The position numbers and the translations under genes were made by a program. Under the pieces are notes generated by a model. The model saw nothing but the letters and a program-made list of their open reading frames with translations, made no database searches and was not told the DNA's origin. Positions 1 to 12,901 of a DNA stretch of 34,773 bases are shown here, piece by piece; within the stretch, counting starts at the first letter, position 1; the number at the start of each line of letters is the position of its first letter. The stretch is from Selaginella moellendorffii (Eukaryota; Plantae; Lycopodiophyta), in assembly GCF_000143415.4 (NCBI RefSeq), contig NW_003314372.1:16233-51005 (forward strand). The letters are read 5' to 3'.

Positions 1-236
1 CAGATACTTCCACGTGTCATGTGTTGGTCCTCTTGTGTCCCTTTTCTAGAGACTCACTTATTGCTCGCTTCATACTTGTTTCTCAAGCACTTCATTAGGA
101 GTTCCACTCTCGCTCTCGACCTTTCAAGTTAGAGCTTTTAGTCCAAACGTGTTACACTTGTTTAGCTTTCGCTTCGGCCACTACCACATGGTGCCCTTTC
201 GGCTCCACTTTGGGGCTTAGGGATTTGTGTCTCACA
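1..236 (-). repeat. 3' LTR of element A (partial)
   Basis: Matches 30602-30837; TG terminus on minus strand at 236. Confidence 0.85.
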
Positions 237-248
237 ACTCCACCACCT
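237..248 (-). promoter_or_regulatory. Polypurine tract of element A
   Basis: Minus strand AGGTGGTGGAGT immediately before the LTR TGT; near-identical to the tract at 4236-4247. Confidence 0.75.
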
Positions 249-1384
249 ATAGACGAAGTTTAATATTTTTATTGAATGATAAACTATTTTATAAAGTAAT
301 ACTAGCCTCTATTACCCTTTCTATCCTTGGCACCTAGCCAATATTCATCAATGGTTTGACACCAAAGGCTCACCATGCCTTATCCATCCTCTAAGGAGCA
401 TAGTTTCTCCAAATTAAAGACTCACTAGACCATTTGTGGTGGTCCTCTCCTTTTATTGGTTTAGTTCTCGCTAAACTTGTTAGAGACATCTTCTCTATCT
501 CAATCCCACTACTCATTCTCAAGTAGTCTCAGTTCCCATTAATATAACCTTTACACTTTGGAACTTTTAATTTTGATTTCTTAGAATCAATTTCCTGGGT
601 GTCTCTGACACCTTGCATTGCACATTTTTTGCAACTCCACTTCCCCATCCTAGGAAGTTCTTTACTCGAGGGCACTATCATCCTCTTTTCTATTTTGTGC
701 CATTTTTGGCACTAAGTTCCAATTATCATAATTTGTGGGCTATCCATGGCCCTATCATTTGGCTACTGCTCCCTCCCTTGGAGCTTCCACCTTCGCTAAA
801 TCGGAGCAATTGGGAATCCATCCTTGGAAACATATTACCTTCCCACAATCTGTTAGCATCCAACACATTAGTGTTTTTAATCTAACCTTGCCATTTGGGT
901 TTTATCCCATGATTCCCATGGCTCTTTTCTTAACCACTAGTCTTTTGCTCCTATCCATTGATTATTGCACCAAGAAACATAGGATCACTACCTCCATTCT
1001 TGAGGTATTCTTTCGGTTCTATGGCAAAAGCTCCATTTTGCCAAGTCCAAAGGGTGCTCACCCCTAGTAGATCTCTTTAGCATTTTCTGTTATGGGCCTT
1101 ATCCATGGCTCAACTTTGTGACCCTCCCTAAAGACTACTTTCTTTGGACTCACTATGCCATCATATTGACATAAATCATTTCCCTTAAGTGTTCTTCCCA
1201 CTTGGTCACCTTGACCAAGCTACACCATTATCATTAGTTCAAATTAATACTCTAAACTAGGAACTTTATTCCTTACCTAAACAAGGACTTTATCCTTATT
1301 TAGCCACAAGATCACTTAATGATCTCATCTTGGCATTTTAACAAGTTTGCTAATAGGTAATAGGTCTTCCAGACCTTTAAATTG

Positions 1385-1690
1385 TTGACCATGACCCCAG
1401 GAGCATCCCCCACATCTGGCAGTGCACCCAAGCTAGCCCTTCTAACCAAGGGTCCATAGCAACTGAGACTAGGTATCCCCATCTCATTCATCACGTCCTT
1501 GGTGCCACTTACACCAAAGTGTTCAAATTAGATATGCCAAGCTTTTACACTAAACAATCTAACTATGCATCATGACTCCGAGGCATCCCCCACTTGGCAG
1601 TGGCCCTAAGTTAGTCTCCTTATTAAGAGTCCATGATCACCGAAAAATGAATATCCTCATATTCCAAACCATCACCTCGCCCTAGTGAGT
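1385..1690. repeat. Diverged tandem duplication of a ~120-bp 3'-UTR module of the LTR elements
   Basis: catgac...gcatcccccac..tggcagtg...aag.tag at ~1390 and ~1570; a single homologue at ~4305. Confidence 0.55.
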
Positions 1691-3303
1691 TAGGACTCAA
1701 ACTCAAGCACTAGAGGGTCGGGACTCGAACCCAACCTTCGTATATGCATCTACAAATGGCATCACTCATGATGCCTGATGTGACTCCCCACGCTGGTGCA
1801 CCAACTTATACTTAAAGCGCACTACAAATCATAGTTTAGGAACTTAATTCCTCTGCATTGCCAAGTCCTCTCACTTGATATATCTGTGTCATGCATGGAC
1901 TCCTCCATGCTTGGCTCCATGGGCTACCCCTTTTGAAATTAGCACCTTCAATTGGGGTATTTGTCCCCCCGACTTGCCAATCTCACCTAGCAAGTCATCC
2001 AACCACCGTAATACAGTTCATGCACAAGCGTGAAAATCTTTAACCATCGACTTTCGTTCAAAACCCTCTCTTTGAACACTCAAGAATTACTTCTCTAACC
2101 TTGATGTTTCGCCTCATGGCAAGCTTCAAGACTATGCTTCTGCTGCACCACTTTGATTTTGTGCGCTCTATAAACAATTTATACTTGGCTTTATAAGTAC
2201 TTATCTATTTAGAATTGTTTTTGGGAACCTTCAAGGAACTCTATTCCTTAGTTTGCTAAGGCATCTCCTTTTTGCAAGCTTTCTAATTATTATATGGTCT
2301 AACATGGATAATTTTATATTTAAACTCTCTAGAGCATCACGGTTGCTAATAACAAACCACTCGAGCCCCCACTTGATTCTCCACTTCCAACTTGTATAAC
2401 CACCCTTAGTTATACTCTTCAATTCCTATGGTTCGGTTCTATCCCTTTACTATTTGCTTTTTGGTTTTATATGGTTTCCTTCGATCATTTCATCCAAACT
2501 AGAGGATAGCTTTGCACTTTCTACCATGCCTTAGCAAGTATTCATAGGGATGAGCTTACTTAATAGCCTAAGGAGTGGTTTCTCAATTCGAGTATACTCA
2601 CCTTGTAATCCCACACACTGAGATTAACGTTACTATTTATAGGCCTTTATATGCCCATGATTAGCCTTGCCAAAATCCCTTTTTAGCTTTGTCTAATTCC
2701 GATATATGGACTTCTCCTGTCTCCACAACTTTGGACGTTTAGATAATACCTATTATTCATCATTCGCTAGGGACTTAGTGCCTTGGGCTTTATCTAATGC
2801 CCTTACGACACCAAATACCACTTCTTAGTGTTTTAGAGTGTTTGGGTGTCCCAATAATGACCTTCTTTGGCAATAAGCATTCCTTTTATGACATTGACTT
2901 ATTATATCGCAACATAAGCAGTTTATCCCCCATAAAGGTATGTCTAACTTCCTTATCCTAATAAAAAGTCTTAGGTAATTACCTTCTACTAGTTTAATTA
3001 ATTATTTTTCATCTTTTTGCTTAGTTGTTTCATAGTTGTCAAGTCCTACAACTCATTGCTAGTGCTTCCACACCTCTATCATTATTTTGTGTCACCACAC
3101 TCTAACTACATGCCTTCCAATTTAGGCAATGTCATTCCCATTTCCATTAGCTAAGTTCCTTTTGCTAAGTTCCCTCGCTAAGGTTACCACCTATGGTACC
3201 AACTCCTACTTGGTCCTACTTGGTTTCAGCTACTCACTGCACGAGCAACGGAGCGTTAGCCATCCATCCATGGATTCCCAATCTCTCCCAATCCCCCTCC
3301 CCA

Positions 3304-4235
3304 TGTTAGATTGGACTTAAGGTTCGGCTACACTCCCCGCAGGCACAAGCAGCCAAGCACACCAAGCCTCCAGGTTCCTAACACCCCTTGGTACCACAAG
3401 ACTTGATCATGGGACCCTCTAAATCCTAAGTTTTGGGTGCAACACTTGCTTCGGGACACCGGGGCGAAACACGGCCCGGTATGGGTACCTCTACCCCCCC
3501 ACTTCCATCCCGAAGGAAGACCCAAGCCCCTAGGAAGGGCGAGGACCAATGAGCCACATAGTACTCAAGTGGGGCACCACTCCACATGAGCCGGGAGCAC
3601 CGCAGTCGGTTTCCCTTTCGGGAGTGGGAGTTGCTCTTGAGCAGTTCCTTGGATGGCCCCTCCGGCACCAACCAAGTCCATACTCACTCCCACCCAAGGC
3701 CCCTCGGTCCCAATCTCAACCACAAGTCGGTTTGGAAGCCCCACTGGAGAGTCCCTTCAAAACTGGTTCCTGGACCTCACTATCCCTACTATACTTTTGG
3801 AACCCCTTGCAACCCCCCCCCCTGGGAGACGCATGCTTTGGGCTTTCACCCCTTGACCCGTATTAGTATTTGGACTCAGTCTCTGGCTCGATCTCGGACT
3901 CGATTTCGGATCCGACTTCGGATTCAGTCTCGGACTCGATCTCGGACTCGATCTCAGACCCGATCTCGGACCCGACCTTGGACTCGACCTCGGACTTGGT
4001 CTCGGACCCGATTTCGGATCTCGGACTCCGTCTCGAACTCGGTCTCGAACTCGGTCTGGAACTCGGTCCCCGAGTCGGCCTCGGACTCGATTCCGAACTC
4101 TATCTCGAACTCTGTCTCAGAGTCGGTCTTGGACTCGATCTTCGACTTGGTCCCATCCGATGAACTCTTTGTTATTTTGGTTATGCTTTCAAGGTTCCTT
4201 TAGCCTACGACACCTCGGCAAGTTGGTTCCTTACA
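3304..4235 (-). repeat. 3' LTR of element B (left boundary approximate)
   Basis: 3927-4235 matches 28933-29229 (7 mismatches in the terminal 95 bp); followed by a PPT. Confidence 0.75.
3870..4150. repeat. LTR-internal ~12-bp minisatellite (TCGGACTCGATC-like)
   Basis: Visible tandem periodicity; produces spurious SDSI/RTRS ORFs. Confidence 0.85.
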
Positions 4236-4247
4236 ACTCCACCACCC
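4236..4247 (-). promoter_or_regulatory. Polypurine tract of element B
   Basis: Minus strand GGGTGGTGGAGT directly before the LTR start TGTAAGGAA. Confidence 0.75.
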
Positions 4248-4640
4248 ATAGAAGAAGTTCGATGCCCACATCGAATGTCTCTCTTTTTGATCCTACGACT
4301 TGTTGACCATGTCTCCGGGGGCATCCCCCCACTTAGCGGTGTGCCTAAGTTAGCCTCCCTGGCCAAGAGCCCATGACAACGGAATATAGGTGTCCCTATA
4401 CTCCTCACCTCACCACGCCCTAGTATGGGGTCGGGACTTGAACCCAGCCTTGCTTTACTAGGGGGTTGGGACTCAAACCCAACCTCCGTAGAATACGTCT
4501 ACGGATTCGACATCCCCGTAGGGAGTCAGGCGTAGCTCCCTACGCCTGGTCGACCTAGCTAACCCATGCTAATTAGCTTACCTTTGGCGCGCCTTCGGGT
4601 CCCAACATATGCCATTGCTCAACTTCACCAATTGATACTT

Positions 4641-5790
4641 TTAATTGAACTTTGCATAAGTACATAGAGTTCTGCCTTGCAGAAATTCCTCCACTAGATC
4701 TCGTGCGTTCGCTAGGTTCTCCTCCGGTTCCCATGTCGCTTCGCAGTGTGGAAATCCTTTCCACTTCATATGGAACTCTCTCACCTCGCGTCCTTGTCGC
4801 TTGCTCTTGCGCGCATTGAGGATAGCCTCGACTTCGTATTCCTCTTCCCCTTGGATAACCTTAGGTAAAGGCCTTACTTGGTCCTTGCGAAGCGGATCCT
4901 CAAAGTACGGCTTGAGTAAGTTCATGTGGAACACTGGGTGCATCTTCCCCATCTCTCGAGGAAGTCGGAGACGGTAAGACACTTTACTGATTCGTGCCTC
5001 AATCTCATAAGGCCCCACGAACCTGCTTAAGGAACTCAAGATCAATTCATTTACGGAATATATGCATTTTTACCTTTGGGTCAACTTCCAGCTGATCCCA
5101 CTTGGTAGCCTGAGGTTCTTGGTGTTCAGCCACACCTTCTCCCCAGCTTGGAACTCTACATCCCGACGCTTCCGGTTCGCGTACTTGGTTTGCTTTTGTT
5201 GAGCTCATTCTAAGGAATCCCTCACTAGATTCCAAATGTTGAGTCTTTCCGCCGTGAATGCCTCCACTGCGGGTAACTCTCCATGATACTCGGCCACACC
5301 GAGCTCCACAGGACCTTCAATAGCTTGCCCATTGATGACTTCCCATGGACTCACCCCGATACTCGAATGTAGTGAGTTGTTATAACGCATTTCCGCAAGT
5401 CCCAAATGACTTACCCAATCGGTCTAGTCTCCCGAGACATAGCATCGCAAATAATCCTCTAGCTGCCTATTCACCCTTTCCGTTTGTCCGTCTGTCAAGA
5501 AGTGTTAGTGCCATCAACTTGACTTAATACCCCATACCTGTCTGTGGGTGATAGGCTGTGCTGAATTTTAATCCGCTGAAAATCGGTCCACCACCACGAA
5601 TATCGCATCGAACCCCTTGCTTGGGGGTAGTCCTGTGATGAAGTCCATCGTAAGACATTTCCACGGACGATCTGGAATTGGGATGCTTTGCAATACGCCC
5701 CCACTAGCCTTAGTCATGGCTTTGACCTGTTGACATGTTGGACATGTCTTTACATAGTCTTGGACGTCCTTAGCCATATCTGGCTAGTGA
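4641..5790 (-). pseudogene. pol: pol 3' part: integrase (zinc finger end, partly deleted core, GPY/F) and chromodomain
   Basis: YVKTCPTCQQ, RPWKCLTMDFITGLP, VVVDRFS, RYNNSLHSSIGVSP, RFVGPYEI, HPVFHMNLLK, EYEVEAIL...KWKGFPHCEATWEPEENL. Stops and frameshifts present; the core jumps from VVDRFS to the FSTAYHPQT region. Confidence 0.93.
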
Positions 5791-7149
5791 GGGGATGGTC
5801 CAAAGTTGAGTTGAGCTCACGAGTTGAGCTCAATTCAGCGCAAGTCAATGTAAGTCAATACAGTCAACTATAACTTTTATAAAGAAAATTTATGTTAAAA
5901 AACTAAAAGTTTTGACAAACTTTAAAATATTAAAATATATAAATACCTAGGTTAAAAGTTTCTACTAGATTGAGTTATTTAGAAAAGATAAAGTTCATGA
6001 GAACCTATCTATTTCTTACTAAAGACTATCTTTACAATTATCATATTTTGATTTTTTTGTAATTTGTTAAAAAAAACCTAAATATGAATCAAGATAAATT
6101 TTTTAAAGGGTAGCCATTAATAGTGTATATTGGTAAGGCAATATATATTTATATACTATTCATTCATTCTAGAGTTCTTAAGTAAAATAAAAAGTTTATA
6201 AGTAAGAGTTGTAGGGCAAATCAATGTGAGAATATTAATTTCTTTTCATTATCACAATTTTCATATTACACTCTTAGTCCTTATTACCCATCCGGGAATG
6301 TAAAAACTATTATCACTTTTGATAAAAATGCTCATGTTACCTCCAAAACAACAGTCTAGAACAAAAGAAATGAAGAAATGAACATAGCCAAAAAAAAAAA
6401 ACAAAAACTAACAAATCTACTCTAAAGAGTTTTCTATAGAGTAATTTATATATTAATTCATATAAAAAACTCTACTTGTCTGCCTATAGTGCAATCCTCC
6501 TATATGAGAAGACCAAGTTATATTTTTGGGATGAATCCCCACTAGCATTTTTCGAGAGTCATTTGTGAATAATAATAATAATAGAAATCAAAATCTTTTA
6601 AAAGACTCAAAAGTGATATCATATCAAAGAATCAAGTTTATCTACATTTCCAAAATTGAAAGGTAATCTCACATAAGAGAATGCATATGGGCTTGCATGC
6701 TTGCATACTTTGCTACTATAATATAGTTTATATTTCCCTGTTGTGTATTTTTCTAGAAAGTTGGCACAAGTGTAGAAAAGAATATATATAGATGGTCATT
6801 AGAATGATAAATATTCTAGCATGTGTATCTAGAATTCTAGAAGCTCTTCTATTCGTAAGTAGACTATAATTATGAAATCTCATTTTTGAGATTGACATTT
6901 CAGGAATCTGAGTATTATTAGTGTCATAATAAAAAAACTTCATTCCCAAGACTAAAAATTAATATATAAATGCCAAGAAAAGTTAGTTATTATAGTATTT
7001 TTATTATTCTTACGCTCCTAAAAATTTTAATATAGAAATGGCTCAAAGGAAAGTCATTGCTACTCATACGTGAGTCCCTAACACCTCATATTAGTCTCCA
7101 CCTTCATCCTAAGGTTTACCAACATTCCACATTCACCTCCACCATAACC

Positions 7150-8340
7150 ACATTACAATCTTCTTTCTATTGAGGGTTCTTATGAAGTTGAACTAGAGCT
7201 TGCTATATACAGAATTTTGAATATTGTTACTAGAGAGAGATTACCTTCAACATTTCAAGAGTAGTGCCACATATTTTTTGCAAGATCATGCTCTTGATAT
7301 GGCAAGACTGCTTAAAATCACAAAATGCTATTATATTCAATGTCTAGTATGCTAATTTTTTTTTTAGACAAAAAAATGTTTTCGTTACAAATTTTTCTTA
7401 AACACTATAATAATTGCCTAACAATGAGTATAGAAAGTGTGGATGTACAATAAATTCAAGAATAAATTATGGACACATACCCATTATTGCTTCATGGTGA
7501 GGAATAATATCCCCTTGGGAAACAATACATTGGTTAGTGTAGAATATAGGTTTTTTAAGCTATTGACAAAGTTAATGATGGGGAGTTTCCTCAAGTTGAA
7601 ATCTACTACACCCAATCCATAGAAGAGCTCACTCTTGATTTATTGGGAATTAGTGAACAAATTGAGAGTTTAATTCTAAGATGCCTAATATGCCTTTTCT
7701 TTCTTGGGTCAGGACATTTTTATGGGATTTTATAGTTTTCTTGAGCACTATCACAACTGCTACATAAATAATGTTAACACTTCATATATAATTGTTAACA
7801 AGATATTGAAGGATGAGATATCAACACACAAGCATTACAAACTGATGGTTGCATGTGAAAATACCAATTTGCAATTATGGAATATGATATTAACATTGAT
7901 AACTAACACTGACACTATTACCGACATTTTGATTTATGACAAGATTTTCTTTTCAAGTAAAGATTCATTTAACTTTCTTCTATCTCATCATCAACATATC
8001 ATTTCCTTCTATGCCTCCTTCTATATTGGGATTGTGCTCATTTTGCATTTGTTAAGCCATAGCTTTTACATACTTTGGGAAACTTCTAAAACCTCTATCT
8101 CTAGGTGATAGTGATCTATAAAACAAAACAGAACATGTATTGAAATCTTAATAAATATAATTTACCTCTTTGAGGTTAGAGGTAGTTCTAAGCCAATGTT
8201 TGAATAAATGATGTTGCTCAATAGCAAACACCAATCTACCAGAATCATATGCTACCTTCACTATAAAACCATTATTTATTGTGCAATCAATCACAATACT
8301 ATCTAGTGGGTAATAGAGCTTAAGAAAAACTTGCATTGCT
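7150..8340 (-). pseudogene. Possible highly degraded hAT transposase remnant (C-terminal part)
   Basis: Minus-strand KILYIASSSSTS*E near 7180-7220 resembles the hAT dimerisation motif (IL.ipasS..sER); otherwise heavily decayed. Confidence 0.3.
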
Positions 8341-8431
8341 AATGGAGTTTCAAATCAATGCCTAGGAATGTATTGCAGATCTACTCAACTACAAGATTCG
8401 ATATGATGTTAGTGGCACTATTGAGCTCACC

Positions 8432-9876
8432 CGAGGCCAAAAACTACCCAAGGTGGCAAGCTTGAGTTTGACCTTGGGCAGTTTGGGGGTCCAAATGCTT
8501 GAGGTTATTTGAATAACCTCGGGCCCTCGAGGCCAAAAACTGCGGGAGATGGTGAGCCTGAGCTCGATGTCAGGCAGTTTTGGTGTCTGGGGGCCCGAAG
8601 TTATTTGAATAACCTCGGGCCCTCAAGGCTAGAAACTGCCCGAGGTGGCAAGCTTGAGCTCGATGTTGAGCAGTTTCAGGGTCTGGGGGCCCGAGGCTAT
8701 TTGAATAACCTTGAGCCCTCGAGGCCAGAAACTGCCCGAGGTGGCGAGCCCAAGCTCAACGTCGGGCAGTTTCGGGGCCTGAGGTGGCGAGTCTGAGCTT
8801 GACATCGGGCAGTTTCGGGGCTCGAGGTGGCGAGCCCAAGCTCGACGTCGGGCAATTTCGGGGCCTGAGGTGGTGAGCCCGAGGTCAATGTTAGGCAATT
8901 TCAGGTCCCGAGGTGGTGAGCCCGAGCTCAATGTTGGGCAGGTTCAGGGTCCAGGGGCCCGAGGTTATTTGCATAACCTTGGGTGCTCGAGGCCAGAAAC
9001 TGCCGGAGGTGGGGAGCCCGAGCTTGACCTCGGGCAATTTCCGGGTCCGGGGGCCCGAGGTTATTTGAATAACCTCGGGCCCTCGAGGCCAGAAACTGCC
9101 AGAGGTGGGGAGCCTGAGCTCGACCTCGGGCAGTTTCCGGGTCTGGGGGCCCGAGGTTATTTGAATAACCTCGCGCCCTCAAGGCTAGAAACTGCCGGAG
9201 GTGGTGAGCCCGAGCTCGACCTCGGGCAGTTTCCGGGTCCGGGGGCCCGAGGTTATGTGAATAACCTCGGGCCCTCGAGGCCAGAAACTGCCGGAGGTGG
9301 GGAGCCCGAGCTCGACCTCGGGCAGTTTCGGGGTCCGGGGGCCAGAGGTTATGTGAATAACCTCGGGCCCTCGAGGCCAAAAACTGCCAGAGGTGGGGAG
9401 CCCGAGCTCGACCTCGGGTAGTTTCGGGGTCCGGGGGCCCGAGGTTATGTGAATAACCTCGGGCCCTTGAGGCCAGAAACTGCTGGAGGTGGGGAGCCCG
9501 AGCTCAACCTCGGGCAGTTTCGGGGTCCGGGGGCCCGAGGTTATCTGAATAACCTCGGGCCCTTGAGGCCAGAAACTGCCGGAGGTGGGGAGCCCGAGCT
9601 TGACCTCGGGCAGTTTCGGGGTCCGGGGGCCCGAGGTTATCTGAATAACCTCGGGCCCTCGAGGCCAGAAACTGCCGGAGGTGGGGAGCCCGAGCTCAAC
9701 CTCGGGGAGTTTCGGGGTCCGGGGGCCCGAGGTTATTTGAATAACCTCGGGCCCTCGAGGCCAGAAACTGCTCGAGGTGGTGAGCCCGAGCTCGACCTTG
9801 GGCAGTTTCCGGGTCCGGGGGCCTGAGGTTATTTGAATAACCTCGGGCCCTCGGGCCCTCGAGGCCAAAAACTACT
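8432..9876. repeat. GC-rich 96-bp tandem array, each unit with two hairpins; block of ~40-bp half units at ~8780-8930
   Basis: GAGGTTAT..GAATAACCTC recurs at 8961, 9057, 9153 etc. Translates as a 32-aa repeat. Second stem AAACTGCC.GAGGT...ACCTCGGGCAGTTT. Confidence 0.95.
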
Positions 9877-12800
9877 TGGCCTATACCGTATTTTATTTTA
9901 TTATTAACATATGATACATTCATATTATATGTGAATTTTTTAAAATTTATAAAGGATGGTATATTATTATATATATTAATATTAGTTTTCTCAATTATAT
10001 AGAAAGGATGCATTCTCAACAAGATTTCATACATATTTTGGATTCATAATAGAACTTTAAAGAGTATAAATCTGGATGTTGTATTATTATATTAAATATA
10101 TTGTACTATTTTAATCTATGAATGGATGAATCCTCATCCATAAATTTGTTTTGTATTGTGTATGAACCTAAATTATAGGCACATGCTCTAAATATCATTG
10201 AGTAGTATTTGCATATATGACTAAAACTTAACTCATATTGAGAATCAAAACTATGTCATTGAAGAATTATCATTACTGACATCACCTAACACTAAAGATT
10301 TGACAAACTACTGATATTTTACATGTGATTGGATATCTTGGATCTCCATGCCAAAACAGAATGTCATTACTATCATCACTCACAATTAAACTTCACTTGC
10401 TGAAATTCTTTTCTTGGATTTGTGTGTATGCAATAGACAGCAAAACACATGATAATACTATCACACTTACAAATATTAGATATGCTATAGTATTTAGATT
10501 TATTTGTACATTGTTATTATTCTTCTTATTGCTCTCCTTAAATCTCAATTTATGTTTCACTATAGATTTTTATAAGTAGCATAAGGGACATAGAGAACTC
10601 CAAAACCTATAAAGAAGGATGGAAAGGTTCTTCTACATTTTTGAGATCACTACCACTTTTGTTCTCTCAAAGTCATGTTTTTAAAAGTTTTTTATATTGC
10701 CATTTTAATCTTAATCTTAGCTCTATTTTGTAAGAGGTTGTGATCCACAACAACACTAGTATTGTTGTTGCTCGGTGTTTTTTCTTTCTAGTGTGGGCAA
10801 GGGTGGATAACATTAAGATTTATAGAATTAAAAGTCTAAGGAGATTCATGTTTTTGGATCTCCAATCAAAGTGTTTTAGCTAAAGTGAATGTGAAGAAAG
10901 AGTTAGTCATCATCCTCTCCTCCTCTTCCAGTTCAAGTGGAAAAGTTATGCTAGTGTCAGCCCCAAATTCACGAGCTCCATCTTTAGTAATATTCAAAAC
11001 TATTAATAATGCTTTCCACTTTTCCCACTTCTCAGTCAACATACATTTATTTCTATATAGATCCATGAGTGAGCTTCCATCCTATTACAATAGCAATATC
11101 TTCTTTGATTTAAGGCCTTTTATCAACAACATTAATTCCAAACGAAAAGGGATGGAAACTAAGTAGGATGTCTAAAACTAGTGTAAGATCAAGACCACAC
11201 ACTTCCAGCATTTTGAACAGTGTCTATAGTTCATTTTGGTAGGCATTTAGATTGCATGGATGAAACATGTAATCAAAATGGCTATAGAAATTTTATATTT
11301 TTTGAAAAGTTTACAATCAATCCTCTTACCCATGACACTATTATTATTAGATTCAAGTGTTAGTTTTGCAAGAATTTTCCTTTATACTGTGCCATTTACA
11401 AGGCCAAGATGTACTACTTCCTTCTGTAGGATAGAGTGGTTGGAAGAGATGAAGTCTCTTATTTCTTCTTTATTTTTGTTGCCTTTTAATCTTGTCTTTT
11501 TCACTAGAACCAACCACTAGACCTTATGTACACCCCGATTATGAATCTCTCCAAAAGTAAGCATTAGAGCTAATATTCTTTTGAGGCAGGGAAAGGGAAG
11601 ATAAATTTGTATAAAACATGTTTATTAGATTTGATATATGCTATAGAGTAGTCTTCAAAAGCATTAGCATTTGAAGAAGGAAGATACTAAGAACAAGGCT
11701 TTTTGTTGAGATGTTCAACAATAGGATAAAGAGGAAGTTGATTCCACTAGCTCAAGAAGTGGCAATTGTAGTTGAGAAAGTGGTTCGTGGCACATCTATG
11801 GAGTATAATTCCCAAGCTTTTATTAATGATATAAAAATTGTTCACTCAAAGTGTTGTTTTTTCTTTATTAGTGAAGATATTGGTATAGATCTTGGAGTGA
11901 AAAGCTCTCATAGGCTTGATATTGAGTACCATTTTACTTTAAGATATTGCACATTGTTAAAATAGAAAATGAAGAGTACACAATTGTTATTCAATGCTTT
12001 CTTTGCACATAACCAAACTTTACTAAGCACAAAAAACATAGGAAGGCATATATATATTACATTTTCATCAACACTTTAAAGATCCTAAAGTGGACATTCA
12101 TATACATTAAGAAAGCTTTACTACTGCTAAGTTGTAAGACTTTTGGAGTTGATAATACTATTGATATTTATTCTCTATCAATAATATATACTTTTTATAC
12201 TTTATATAATTAATAACAAAACATTCATTTCATTTCATATACTTCTAAGTTTTCTTTTTACAATACTATCTGTAATACTAGTGTCTCTCTATTTTTGTAT
12301 TTGCCATCTCAAAACATATTTCATAGTAGTTTGGGGCCATGATATTGCAATCTGTTGCAAAAGTGTATATGTTGTTGTACTGATTGTCGCCACTATTTCC
12401 ACCAAAAGCTAAAAAATAGATGGGGCAATTCTTGAAAGGCACGGAATTGTAATTTTTTAAAATAAATAGGAGGGCATTTTTTATAACCTTTGTTGCACCC
12501 TTTATCATTGCATTTATCTCTAATATATGATCATTATTCTCATTATCCTCTTTTTCTATCTTTTATATGGTTTGGATGTGTTATGCAATGGGATGAATAT
12601 TACAGCTTCTAGTCCTTGAATTACTACCCTGAGAAGAAGATGTCAAGAGTTGAAACTACCAAGAACCATTTTATTTTATGTTTTGGCAAACTTAAATAAA
12701 ATAACATATAGTAAATATTTAAATTCTTGGACAAGAAGCCTTCTCTAAAATAGTTTTATCCATAAATATAGTATAAAGTTAGGTTTTCTATAACCTTAAT

Positions 12801-12901
12801 TTTTTAAAATTTATAATATTTGTATTAAATTGCAATTGAAAATTGAGCTCAACTCGTGAGCTCAACTTTTCAGCTCATAAGCTCAAGAGTGGTCCACGCT
12901 C

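Larger units (their letters stand above)
5791..12901. mobile_element. Decayed hAT-like DNA transposon inserted in the integrase zinc-finger region of B
   Basis: 8-bp TSD with 2 transitions (GCTAGTGA 5783-5790 / GCCAATGA 12902-12909). Imperfect terminal IR plus a perfect 27-bp subterminal IR (5809-5835 / 12841-12867). Removal restores KYHW-PDMAKD in frame. Confidence 0.8.

Noticed and set aside
3549-4203. ORFs rich in SDSI/RTRS/LELG (also 28960-29178 and 29949-30840)
   Set aside because: Translation artefacts of the 12-bp LTR minisatellites
8432-9876. CRISPR-like array or repeat-protein gene
   Set aside because: No unique spacers and no cas genes; ORFs occur on both strands with scattered stops, so it is a tandem repeat
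10325-12508. Short AT-rich ORFs as genes
   Set aside because: No recognisable motifs; probably decayed transposon interior
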